From an uncultured Gemmatimonadaceae bacterium (GTDB taxonomy: Bacteria > Gemmatimonadota > Gemmatimonadetes > Gemmatimonadales > Gemmatimonadaceae), in the NCBI GenBank assembly GCA_963817955.1, contig CAWFQK010000001.1, positions 21,675 through 85,674 on the forward strand: a stretch of 64,000 bases of DNA, given 5' to 3'. This document shows positions 55,673 to 64,000 of the stretch, piece by piece. Below the pieces are notes generated by a model. That model searched no databases. It had not been told where the DNA came from and saw only the letters and a list, made by a program, of their open reading frames with translations. Each line of letters starts with the position of its first letter. Position 1 is the stretch's first letter. Made by a program: the position numbers and the translations under genes.

Positions 55673-55816
55673 AAGTTGTTGCGTCCACGAAGTTTGCCGT
55701 TACGCGGGTCTTGGCGCGCCCGTAGCTGATGTCGCACTCCTGTGGTCATGGTGCCCAGGCAGGCGTCTGATGCGCGAACGGCTGTTGCACTTCACACTCC
55801 TTTGGGGGCACAAGCA

Positions 55817-56179
55817 ATGAACAAGAAGATCCGGATGGCAGTGATGGCAGCCGTGATGTTTACGGCGGTTGGGACGGTTGCTCAGGCGCAGGGCCGTGGT
55901 GGCCCGAATGTCGTTTCGATCCTCAAGGACTCGCTCAAGGTGTCCGACGCCGTTGCGGCGAAGGCCGACTCGATCATCAAGTCGTACGCGGCGCTGAATG
56001 CGCCGTTGATGGAAGCCATGCGCGGTGGCGATGCCGACGCGCGCGCCAAGATGACCGAGAACCGCGCCAAGCAGACCGAAGCCATCAAGGCGCTCCTCAC
56101 AGACGAGCAGAAGGCAGCGTACGACAAGCTCATGCCCGCTCGTGGTGGCCGCCGCGGTGGTCCGCCGCCAACCCGCTAA
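55817..56179 (+). CDS. Spy/CpxP-like periplasmic protein (LTXXQ motif)
   Basis: Signal peptide MNKKIRMAVMAAVMFTAVGTVAQAQ. LLTDEQKAAYDKL motif. RGGRRGGPPP tail. Confidence 0.5.
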   Translation: MNKKIRMAVMAAVMFTAVGTVAQAQGRGGPNVVSILKDSLKVSDAVAAKADSIIKSYAALNAPLMEAMRGGDADARAKMTENRAKQTEAIKALLTDEQKAAYDKLMPARGGRRGGPPPTR

Positions 56180-56224
56180 GCAGACTGATCGCAGCACAGC
56201 ACCGTACATCGTAGGGCAGTAACG

Positions 56225-56259
56225 AACGCGGGCCGTCACCCTAAGTGACGGCCCGCGTT
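56225..56259 (+). terminator. perfect 15-bp stem / 5-nt loop hairpin
   Basis: AACGCGGGCCGTCAC-cctaa-GTGACGGCCCGCGTT followed by AGTTT. Lies 45 nt after the stop at 56179. Confidence 0.6.
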
Positions 56260-56273
56260 AGTTTCCACCACCA

Positions 56274-57101
56274 ATGCGCGGTGAATTCCTCGACCTTTCC
56301 GGTGCCAGGCTGTACTACTACGCGGCAGGCTCACGTGGCACCGGCGAGCCGGTGGTATTCATCCACGGATTCCCCACATCCAGCCACTTATGGGGCGACG
56401 TGGTGCCCCTCATGCCTCGCGGGCACCGGCTGGTCGTACTCGATCTGCTTGGCTATGGCCGCAGCGACCGGCCGGCGCGCCACGCGGTGGATGTACGCGC
56501 CCACGCCATGCGCATGGTCGAGCTGCTCGACGAACTGCGGATACAACGTGCCTGCATGGTTGGGCACGGCATAGGCGGCGGTATCGCGCAGTCGCTGGCG
56601 ATCCGGTACCCGGAGCGCGTGTCGCACCTCGCACTCATCGACAGCGTCGCATTCGATGAATGGCCGACGCTCGAGGCCAGCGTCGCTCGCGCCACCCTGC
56701 CCGTGACCCGCTTTCTTCCAGCCGGCGTCATCACGCGCGTCCTGCGCCGTGACATGCAGCGCGGCTACAGCGATCCCGATCGCGCCGCGCGGTCGATCGA
56801 TCTCTATCTTCGCCCCTTCGGGACTCCTGAAGGCCGAGATGCGCTCGTCTCACATGTCCGCGCCCTCACCAACCGCGAGACGCGCAAGCTCGGTCGTCAG
56901 CTCGGCAAGATCCACGCACCAACGGCGATCCTCTGGGCACAACACGATCGCGTGCTCCCGGTGGCCGTGGGCCGCCGCCTACAACGGGCGATCCCGCGCG
57001 CGACGCTCGAGGTGATTGCCGGCGCCAGGCATTTTCTACCGGAGGAAGCGCCGCGGCAGGTGGCGAATGGGATCGCGGCGTTGCTGGAGCGGAAGGAATA
57101 G
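56274..57101 (+). CDS. alpha/beta hydrolase (haloalkane-dehalogenase-like fold)
   Basis: VVFIHGFPTSSHLW, GHGIGGG, C-terminal GARHFLPEEAP. Confidence 0.85.
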   Translation: MRGEFLDLSGARLYYYAAGSRGTGEPVVFIHGFPTSSHLWGDVVPLMPRGHRLVVLDLLGYGRSDRPARHAVDVRAHAMRMVELLDELRIQRACMVGHGIGGGIAQSLAIRYPERVSHLALIDSVAFDEWPTLEASVARATLPVTRFLPAGVITRVLRRDMQRGYSDPDRAARSIDLYLRPFGTPEGRDALVSHVRALTNRETRKLGRQLGKIHAPTAILWAQHDRVLPVAVGRRLQRAIPRATLEVIAGARHFLPEEAPRQVANGIAALLERKE

Positions 57102-57104
57102 CGC

Positions 57105-59081
57105 TCACAACCTCTTCATGTCCTCGGCTGCCTCGATGACATGGCCAATGTCCCGCGACAGCGCGCTTGCTTCCTGGGTCGCGCTCGTCTGATCCTCGAT
57201 CGCCGAGCCGATCCCCGAGGACCGTAGCTTCAGCAAATCGAACTTCAGATTCTGTAACATCAGGCTGGTGCTTTCGAGCTGGTTGGCCAGCGTGCGCCGG
57301 CGTTCGAGCAGATCGTGCAACGACGCCCGCTGCCGCTGGAGCAGCGACAAGCGCCGTTCCCGCTCCGCCGTTTCCGGCTCCGTCCCCATCGACGCAATGC
57401 GCGTGTCCAGGGCACCGAGCGATGCGCCGGACACGTCTGCGTCCAGCCGGTGCAGCGTCGTGGCCAATGACGCGGCGCGTTGCATCAGCGCATCCACCGT
57501 TGGGCGAACGTCCGGAATCATCTCGCGCTCGATCGGGCCCAGCGCGGCAACCATCTCGTGCACCATCGCGCGGTCCGACGCGACGCGACGCACTGTCTCG
57601 CCGAATGCGCCGGTCAGGACCTCGGCGGGCACCACCTCGGCGGCGAGCTGGTCGGGCGACTTCTGCACGCGCTGCGGTGCCGACGCCAATGCCAACGCAC
57701 CACCTGACCCGTCCGGCGGCGACTCGCCGCGCTCGGCGCGTTCCAACCGCAGTTTCTTGCGAATTCCCTTCTTGAACGCGTCAATCGGCCCTATGCCGTC
57801 CGACCAGATCGATCCGCCTTTCCGCAACACGCTGACGAACATGAACGCACTGGGGAAGACGAACCAGGGACCTGGGCCATGCGTGGCGACGTTGATCCCG
57901 AAAAAGAGTGTCGTCCAGGCCATCCAGCTGAACACGCTGCGTCGAAAGGCGACGACGCGATCATCCAGCGGACGATCATCGAAGTCCTTGTACCTGGTCG
58001 GCCAGACGACCTTGTCGTCCATCCCGAGCCCCATGCCGCCCACCGCCGCCCATCGCTGGCGAATGAGCAATTTGCGTTGCGTCCGGTACCAATGGCGCAA
58101 TTCACGTTTTCCCAGTCCGGGCGGGGGCGACGGAAACATCGCCGGCACGGGCGCAGGCGACTCCGACAGAGCCGGGAGCAGTGGCGGAGACAGATCCTGA
58201 GGCACCGACGACAATCTGTGCCCGCGTGACGAGACTTGCGCGCCCGCCAGCGCATCGCGGAACTCGGCTGCGTCTGCCCAGCGGTCTTCCGGCCGCTTGG
58301 CGAGCGCGCGATCGATTGCCAGGGCGAGATAGGCCGGTACTTCCGGTCGTCGCTCGCGAATGGGCCGCGGCCGTTCCGACACGTGCTTCACCAACATTGC
58401 CGGCGTGTTTGCCGCCTTGAACGGCGTGTCGCCGGCGAGCATGTGATAGCCGACGACGGCAAGCGAGTACAGGTCGCTGCGGCCGTCCACCTCGCGTTCG
58501 CCCAATGCCTGTTCCGGCGACATGTACGCCGGCGTTCCCACGGCCACACCCGTTACGGTGAGCCGCGTCTCGCCCGCCGCCGCGCGCGCGATGCCAAAAT
58601 CGGTGACCATCGGCCGCCCGCTGGCGCGATCGATGAGAATATTGTCAGGCTTGATGTCCCGGTGCACCACGCCGCGCGCATGCGCGTACGCCAGCGCATC
58701 GGCGACGTCACGCAGCACACGCACGGTCTTGTCCACCGACCACGCACCTTCGCGCGCCAGACGCACGCCGAGGCTCTCGCCGTCCACGTATGCCATGACG
58801 AAATACACGAGACTCTCACCATCCTGCTCGTCCACACTGTAGATCGGGACGATGTTCGGATGATTGAGTTGCGCAGCCGTCTGCGCCTCGCGAATGAATC
58901 GCGTGCGCACGTCGCCGTTGAATGCGACGTCGGGCGGCAGGACCTTGATCGCCACCGGCCGGTGCAGCCGCAGATCGGTGGCATGATACACCACCGCCAT
59001 ACCGCCGCGTCCGATCTCGTGTTCGATCAGGTACTGCGTGCCCACCGCGACAGTGATGCGGTCGCGCAGGTAATCGTTCAC
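57105..59081 (-). CDS. membrane Ser/Thr protein kinase with 2TM-like segment and C-terminal coiled-coil module
   Basis: GRGGMAVVY, AIK, HRDIKPDNILI, DFGIA, SPEQ. Then FRRSVFSWMAWTTLFFGINV... and a conserved LQNLKFDLLKLR motif. Confidence 0.85.
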   Translation of the reverse strand: MNDYLRDRITVAVGTQYLIEHEIGRGGMAVVYHATDLRLHRPVAIKVLPPDVAFNGDVRTRFIREAQTAAQLNHPNIVPIYSVDEQDGESLVYFVMAYVDGESLGVRLAREGAWSVDKTVRVLRDVADALAYAHARGVVHRDIKPDNILIDRASGRPMVTDFGIARAAAGETRLTVTGVAVGTPAYMSPEQALGEREVDGRSDLYSLAVVGYHMLAGDTPFKAANTPAMLVKHVSERPRPIRERRPEVPAYLALAIDRALAKRPEDRWADAAEFRDALAGAQVSSRGHRLSSVPQDLSPPLLPALSESPAPVPAMFPSPPPGLGKRELRHWYRTQRKLLIRQRWAAVGGMGLGMDDKVVWPTRYKDFDDRPLDDRVVAFRRSVFSWMAWTTLFFGINVATHGPGPWFVFPSAFMFVSVLRKGGSIWSDGIGPIDAFKKGIRKKLRLERAERGESPPDGSGGALALASAPQRVQKSPDQLAAEVVPAEVLTGAFGETVRRVASDRAMVHEMVAALGPIEREMIPDVRPTVDALMQRAASLATTLHRLDADVSGASLGALDTRIASMGTEPETAERERRLSLLQRQRASLHDLLERRRTLANQLESTSLMLQNLKFDLLKLRSSGIGSAIEDQTSATQEASALSRDIGHVIEAAEDMKRL

Positions 59082-59084
59082 CGA

Positions 59085-61022
59085 TTAGCGCGCCGCCGGA
59101 CGGGAGGCCGGGCGCGTCCCCGTGTTTCGGCTTCCACCCATCTCGTCCGACACGTACAACGCGCTATCCACGCTGTCGGCAAGATTGAGGGCGTCCATCG
59201 CCAGCGACGTGATGTGCTGCGGAGTCTGCGAGCCGGCGTTGAGGCGGATGAGATCGAGCTTGATGTTCTGCAACGCCACCACGCACGTCTCGAGCTTGGC
59301 CGCGACCGAGTCACGTTTCGCGACGATGTCGGACATCGCCCGCCGCTGCCGCTTCAGATACGCCAACCGGCGTACCCGCTCATCGCTCCCCGTCTCGTCT
59401 AGCGGATTGGCGGCGTCCTCGAGGCGTACGATCTCCGCCTCCAGCGCCTCGGACCCGCCGGGCGTCACATTCCGCTCGAGATCGGACATCGTGATCGCCA
59501 GATGTCTCACCTTCTCGGCGAGCAGGTCCGCGGACCGTCCGACGTCGGGAATCCGCGAACGCTCAGCGGCTGACATTCGGGCGAGCAGTCTGAGGATCTC
59601 GTTGCGGTCCGCTTCGGCGCGCCGAATGCGATCGCCAAAGTTGCCGGCCGCTCCCACCACGTCGTCGGTGCTCGCACCGGCCGCCGGCAACGCCGTTGCT
59701 CCGCTGGTTCGGCTGAGCCGCTGACGCCGCTGCTGACGCATCGCCTTGCGTTCATCGCGGTTGAATAGCGCGCGCGTGTAGGTGAGCGCGTCGTCGGCGA
59801 CGTCGATCAGATCGCGATCTCGCGGCTGGCGAAAGACGTCGCGCCAGTCGTATCCGTCGGCCCAGAGCTTGGCGTAGCGAAACGCCAGGTAGATGCTCCA
59901 CAGCACCGTTAGACTGAACAAGTCGCTGCCGCCAACCACCGACGCGATCACGATTACGGCATTCACGAACAGGTACGGCGCGAGCTTGCGCCTGAACTTC
60001 ACCACCGGCTCTTGGTCCCAGCGGCGCAACTCTTCCGACGTCGGCGCGCGCGTCTCCATGGAATCCACCGAGCCTGCGGCGCGACTTGGCGTCAGCATCT
60101 GCGGCGTGGAGGGCGCGAACGCTGCCTGGTCCTGCGTCGAGGAACGCTCGGGCACTCGACCCGTGTCCAGTGCCGCGACCGTGGCAGCCGCCGACGGGAG
60201 GCGGTTCGCGGGATCCTTCTCCAGCAGGATCATGATGATGCGCGCCAGATCCTGCGGTACATCGGCTCGGCGCTGGTCCACCGGAATCGGACGCTCGGAG
60301 ATATGCTTGACCAGGATTGCCGGCGTGCTGTTGGCGATGAACGGCGGCTCGCCGGTCAGCATCTGGTAGCCCAGGATGCCAAGCGAGTACAGATCGCTGC
60401 GGCCGTCGATCGTCCGTTCGCCTGCGGCCTGTTCCGGCGACATGTACGTAGGCGTACCGATCGCAATGCCCGTAGCGGTGAGCCGCGAATCGCTATCGCT
60501 CACCGCGCGCGCGATGCCGAAGTCGGTCACCATGGGGCGGCCGCTTTGCGCATCGATGAGAATATTGTCGGGCTTGATGTCGCGGTGGACGACGCCGCGC
60601 TCATGGGCATAGGCGAGCGCGTCGGCTACGTCGCGCATCGTGCGGCGCGTCTCATCCACCGAGAGCGCACCGTGATCATGAAGCCGCTTTGCGAGGTTGT
60701 CGCCCGTGATGTATGCCATCACGAAGTAGACGATGCCTTCGGCTTCGTCTACCGCGTAGATGTCAACGATGTTCGGGTGATTGAGCTGCGCGGCGGTTTC
60801 CGCTTCGCGCAGAAAGCGCGTCTTGATGTCGCTGCGGAACGCCAACTCTGGTGGCAGTACTTTGATGGCGACCGTGCGCTTGAGGCGACGATCCTTCGCC
60901 CGGTACACGACTCCCATGCCCCCACGCCCAATCTCCTGGTCCAATTCATAATGGGGGCTGAGCACGCGATCCACATGCGCGCGCAGCTCCGAATCCGAAG
61001 ATGGGACGACAGGATCCGACAA
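59085..61022 (-). CDS. membrane Ser/Thr protein kinase, paralogue of the downstream gene
   Basis: GRGGMGVVY, AIK, HRDIKPDNILI, DFGIA. KFRRKLAPYLFVNAVIVIASVV (2TM-like). C-terminal ALQNIKLDLIRL motif. Its stop lies 3 nt before the next kinase's start. Confidence 0.85.
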   Translation of the reverse strand: MSDPVVPSSDSELRAHVDRVLSPHYELDQEIGRGGMGVVYRAKDRRLKRTVAIKVLPPELAFRSDIKTRFLREAETAAQLNHPNIVDIYAVDEAEGIVYFVMAYITGDNLAKRLHDHGALSVDETRRTMRDVADALAYAHERGVVHRDIKPDNILIDAQSGRPMVTDFGIARAVSDSDSRLTATGIAIGTPTYMSPEQAAGERTIDGRSDLYSLGILGYQMLTGEPPFIANSTPAILVKHISERPIPVDQRRADVPQDLARIIMILLEKDPANRLPSAAATVAALDTGRVPERSSTQDQAAFAPSTPQMLTPSRAAGSVDSMETRAPTSEELRRWDQEPVVKFRRKLAPYLFVNAVIVIASVVGGSDLFSLTVLWSIYLAFRYAKLWADGYDWRDVFRQPRDRDLIDVADDALTYTRALFNRDERKAMRQQRRQRLSRTSGATALPAAGASTDDVVGAAGNFGDRIRRAEADRNEILRLLARMSAAERSRIPDVGRSADLLAEKVRHLAITMSDLERNVTPGGSEALEAEIVRLEDAANPLDETGSDERVRRLAYLKRQRRAMSDIVAKRDSVAAKLETCVVALQNIKLDLIRLNAGSQTPQHITSLAMDALNLADSVDSALYVSDEMGGSRNTGTRPASRPAAR

Positions 61023-61314
61023 GCGATTAGCTCTGGTCTATGGTCGGCGGGCAGGAATGACGCATTTTAGCACGCGTTCAATGATCCGGAAAGGATACGC
61101 CGGAGCGGCAGTGTCAAGACGACAGTAAAACCGGTTTCAATCGCGAAATGCTGCCAGCGTGACACATTTGGGCGAGCGCGTGATATGCACAATGCTTTAT
61201 CAGCAATTGCCCGCCGCACGTAAACTTCAGCAGCCACAAGGCTTAGTGTACAGCTTGGCCGAATGGAATGGAGTGTGCGACGAGCTCTTTCGTTCTCTTA
61301 CTTACGAGACCCAA

Positions 61315-63918
61315 ATGGCAACACGCCAGACACTTCCAGTCCTCCCGCTTCGGGGGACTGTCATCTTCCCGGGCCTCACCGCGCCAATCGCGGCGGGACG
61401 GCCGGGTACGCTGCGCGCGATCGAGTCGGCCCTCAAGGGCGAGCGGCTCGTCTTTGCCGTCGCACAGCGCGATAATACCGACGAACCCACGCCCGACATC
61501 CTCTATTCCATGGGCGTCATCGCGCGGATCGGCCAGATTCAGCGCGGACTGGGCGGCGTGCAGCTCCTGCTCCAGGGTGAGGAGCGCGCCACGTCGCTCC
61601 AGTACACGACCACTGAGGGGTTCCTGAGTGCGGTCGTCATGCCCGTCGAAGAGATGAAGCCGGTCAGCGAGAATGATCCGGCGTTCGTCGCTCTGCACAA
61701 GGAATTGCGTGAGCGCGCCGCGGAGCTCGGCGAGCGACGCGGGCTTCCCGAAGAAGTCGTGCACCAGGTGCTCGACGCCGTTACCGATCCGGGCCGGTTC
61801 GCCGACCTCGTGGCCGGCTACATCGAGCTCCAGCCCGCCGAAAAGCAGGGGCTGCTCGAGACACTCAGCGTCGAAGAGCGCCTCCGCCGTGTTCTCGTGC
61901 ATGTTCAGAAGCAGATCGGCATGCTCGAGATGCAAGAGGAGATCAAATCGCAGGTCCAGGAGGAGTTGGGCGAACGGCAGCGCGAGATGTACCTCCGCGA
62001 GCAAATGAAGGCCATTCAAAAAGAGCTCGGCGACGACGATCAATCCAAGGAGATCGGCGAGCTGCGCGAGAAGTTGCTCAAGCTCGATCTGCCCAAGGAT
62101 GCGCGCACCGAAGTGGAGCGCGAAATCGGACGCCTCGAACGGTCCGGTCGTGAGTCCATGGAGGCACAGGTCATTCGTACCTACCTCGAGTGGATCGCCG
62201 AGTTGCCGTGGAGCAACCGCTCCGACGACAATCTCGACCTCACGCACGCACAGACGGTCCTCGACGATGATCACTACGGGCTACCCGATGTAAAAGACCG
62301 GGTGCTGGAGTTCCTCGCGGTGCGTCAGTTGCGCGCGCAGCAGATGGCAGACGAGCTCAAACAGACGGGCGAGATGTCCATCTCGAAGCTGCGCGCCACG
62401 AAGGAAGACGCGACGCCGCAGCTCGGCAACAGCGCCGTCGGAGACAAGCCAATCACCGACCCGAAAGAAGCCAAGGCTCGCGCCATGGCCAAGGGTCCGA
62501 TCCTGCTCTTCGTCGGCCCGCCAGGTGTCGGCAAGACGTCGATCGCCAAGTCCATTGCTCGCTCGCTCGGACGCAATTACGTACGTGTCGCTCTTGGCGG
62601 CGCCCGCGACGAAGCGGACATTCGCGGTCATCGGCGTACCTATGTCGGCGCCATGCCCGGCCGCATCATCCAGGGCATGAAGCAGGGAGGCAGCAAGAAC
62701 CCCGTGTTCCTGCTCGACGAAGTAGACAAACTGGGTGTGTCGTTTCAGGGCGACCCGGCGAGCGCGCTCCTCGAGGTCCTCGATCCGGCGCAGAACGACA
62801 ACTTCACCGATCACTATCTCGGTATTCCGTTCGATCTGAGCGAAGTGTTGTTCATCGCGACCGCAAATTTCCTTCAGCCCATTCCTGGGCCGCTGCTCGA
62901 CCGGATGGAGGTGGTCGAATTCGCCGGGTACACGGAGCGCGAAAAGGCGGAGATCGCCAAGAAGTACCTGATTCCGCGTCAGCTGGAGGAGTCTGGGCTC
63001 GGCGACAAGAATGTGGCGTTCACCGACGAGGCGGTGGCCGCGGTCATCAGCAAGTACACGCGTGAAGCCGGCGTGCGGCAGCTCGAGCGGCAGGTGGGCG
63101 CGGTGGCGCGGAAGGTTGCTCGCCGCATCGCCAGCGGCGACAGCAAGATGATCGACGACGGGACGATCGACGCTGACGAGATACGCGAGTTACTCGGCCG
63201 TCCGAAGGTGCATCCGGAGCACGCCGCCGAGGAGAACGAAGTGGGCGTCGCGACGGGTATGTATTACACGCCGGCCGGCGGCGACATCATGTTCGTCGAG
63301 GCCGCTATTCGCCGGCTGTACAATTACGGCCAGCGCTCGTCGGACGACGAGAAGACTCAGGTGAGCGGGTGGGGCAATGTGTCGCTCATTCTCACCGGCC
63401 AACTCGGCGACGTGATGAAGGAATCGGCACGCGCGGCAATGACGTACGCAGCGACCCATGCATCCACGTTGAACATTCCCGAGGATCGCCTTGGATCCAT
63501 CGAGGTGCACATCCACGTGCCGCAGGGCGCCGTGCCCAAAGATGGTCCGTCCGCCGGCACCACGATGTCAACAGCGCTCGTCAGCGCCATGTCCGGGCGC
63601 CCCGTGCGGAAGGATGTGGCGATGACCGGGGAGATTACGCTGCGTGGCCGGGTGCTCCCGATCGGCGGGGTGAAGGAGAAAGTGCTTGGCGCGCATCGGG
63701 CCGGCATCTCTACCATCATACTGCCCAAGGACAATGAGGCGGACATGGAGGACATACCGGAGGACGTTCGCAATCAGCTCACGTTCCATTGCGTCAGCAC
63801 GCTGGACGAGGTGTTCCAGATAGCGCTCATGCCGGTCGAGGAGTCCGCCAACGCGCATCCGACCATGATGGAGACGATGGAGGAGAACGCAGGGTCGATG
63901 GTGGCGCAACACGCGTAA
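61315..63918 (+). CDS. lon: ATP-dependent Lon protease (endopeptidase La)
   Basis: LON N-domain LPVLPLRGTVIFPG. Walker A GPPGVGKTS, Walker B FLLDEVDK. Protease catalytic site PKDGPSAGTTM...K. The start was trimmed to the ATG at 61315. Confidence 0.95.
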   Translation: MATRQTLPVLPLRGTVIFPGLTAPIAAGRPGTLRAIESALKGERLVFAVAQRDNTDEPTPDILYSMGVIARIGQIQRGLGGVQLLLQGEERATSLQYTTTEGFLSAVVMPVEEMKPVSENDPAFVALHKELRERAAELGERRGLPEEVVHQVLDAVTDPGRFADLVAGYIELQPAEKQGLLETLSVEERLRRVLVHVQKQIGMLEMQEEIKSQVQEELGERQREMYLREQMKAIQKELGDDDQSKEIGELREKLLKLDLPKDARTEVEREIGRLERSGRESMEAQVIRTYLEWIAELPWSNRSDDNLDLTHAQTVLDDDHYGLPDVKDRVLEFLAVRQLRAQQMADELKQTGEMSISKLRATKEDATPQLGNSAVGDKPITDPKEAKARAMAKGPILLFVGPPGVGKTSIAKSIARSLGRNYVRVALGGARDEADIRGHRRTYVGAMPGRIIQGMKQGGSKNPVFLLDEVDKLGVSFQGDPASALLEVLDPAQNDNFTDHYLGIPFDLSEVLFIATANFLQPIPGPLLDRMEVVEFAGYTEREKAEIAKKYLIPRQLEESGLGDKNVAFTDEAVAAVISKYTREAGVRQLERQVGAVARKVARRIASGDSKMIDDGTIDADEIRELLGRPKVHPEHAAEENEVGVATGMYYTPAGGDIMFVEAAIRRLYNYGQRSSDDEKTQVSGWGNVSLILTGQLGDVMKESARAAMTYAATHASTLNIPEDRLGSIEVHIHVPQGAVPKDGPSAGTTMSTALVSAMSGRPVRKDVAMTGEITLRGRVLPIGGVKEKVLGAHRAGISTIILPKDNEADMEDIPEDVRNQLTFHCVSTLDEVFQIALMPVEESANAHPTMMETMEENAGSMVAQHA

Positions 63919-63942
63919 CACGCCATAGCCACGTTGGCCGCC

Positions 63943-63976
63943 GAGGGACCCGGGTGCTCGCGCAACCGGGTCCCTC
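63943..63976 (+). terminator. 11-bp perfect stem hairpin after lon
   Basis: GAGGGACCCGG-(12 nt)-CCGGGTCCCTC, 25 nt after the lon stop. No clear U-tract. Confidence 0.45.
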
Positions 63977-64000
63977 GCTGCACATTTAATGTCTTCCTCG

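Noticed and set aside
42185-56261. GCGTTAG heptamers at 42185, 42888 and 56255 as further attC-type cores.
   Set aside because: A 7-mer is expected several times by chance in 128 kb of two-strand sequence. The 56255 copy is simply part of a terminator stem.
61067-61075. CIRCE (HrcA) operator upstream of lon, based on TTAGCACGC.
   Set aside because: Only a left half-site-like 9-mer is present. No GAGTGCTAA partner lies at the 9-nt spacing.

Overview
High-GC bacterial chromosomal segment with about 60 protein-coding genes. I found no rRNA, tRNA, CRISPR array, transposase or integrase in any frame. The gene content (S9 peptidases, two GGT paralogues, TamA/TamB, an anti-sigma factor with a CBM48-like domain, membrane Ser/Thr kinases) looks Gemmatimonadota-like, but that is inference only. 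Recognisable housekeeping genes are ggt (two copies), msrB, ispH, sthA, pfkA, rho, tamA/tamB, a DEAD-box helicase, lon and a KirBac-type K+ channel. Many long antisense ORFs in the six-frame track are GC-driven shadows and are not called. Several track ORFs were trimmed to internal starts supported by 4-nt or 1-nt start/stop overlaps or by signal peptides. The accessory part is 25.7-32.2 kb. It holds a one-directional run of short unrelated genes: CGNR zinc finger, GNAT, Zn-ribbon membrane protein, FabZ-like, a frameshifted hydrolase, higBA, hicBA, an AlbA_2 fragment and an orphan antitoxin. These genes are separated by spacers with attC-like cores and conserved repeats, with no integrase present (CALIN-like hypothesis). 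An ~800-bp non-genic tract of 21-bp phased repeats follows, and then a DEAH helicase. Main findings: (1) an unannotated SelW/Rdx-type selenoprotein gene at 36742-36969 (-) with an in-frame TGA in a CxxU motif and a SECIS-like hairpin; (2) the cassette/attC-like array; (3) the 21-bp phased repeat arrays; (4) a family of heptamer-tipped, MITE-like inverted-repeat elements at three intergenic sites; (5) three paralogous Ser/Thr kinases sharing a C-terminal module; (6) an ECF sigma operon with two CBM48-like domains. All functional calls come from reading the translations, and no database search was run.
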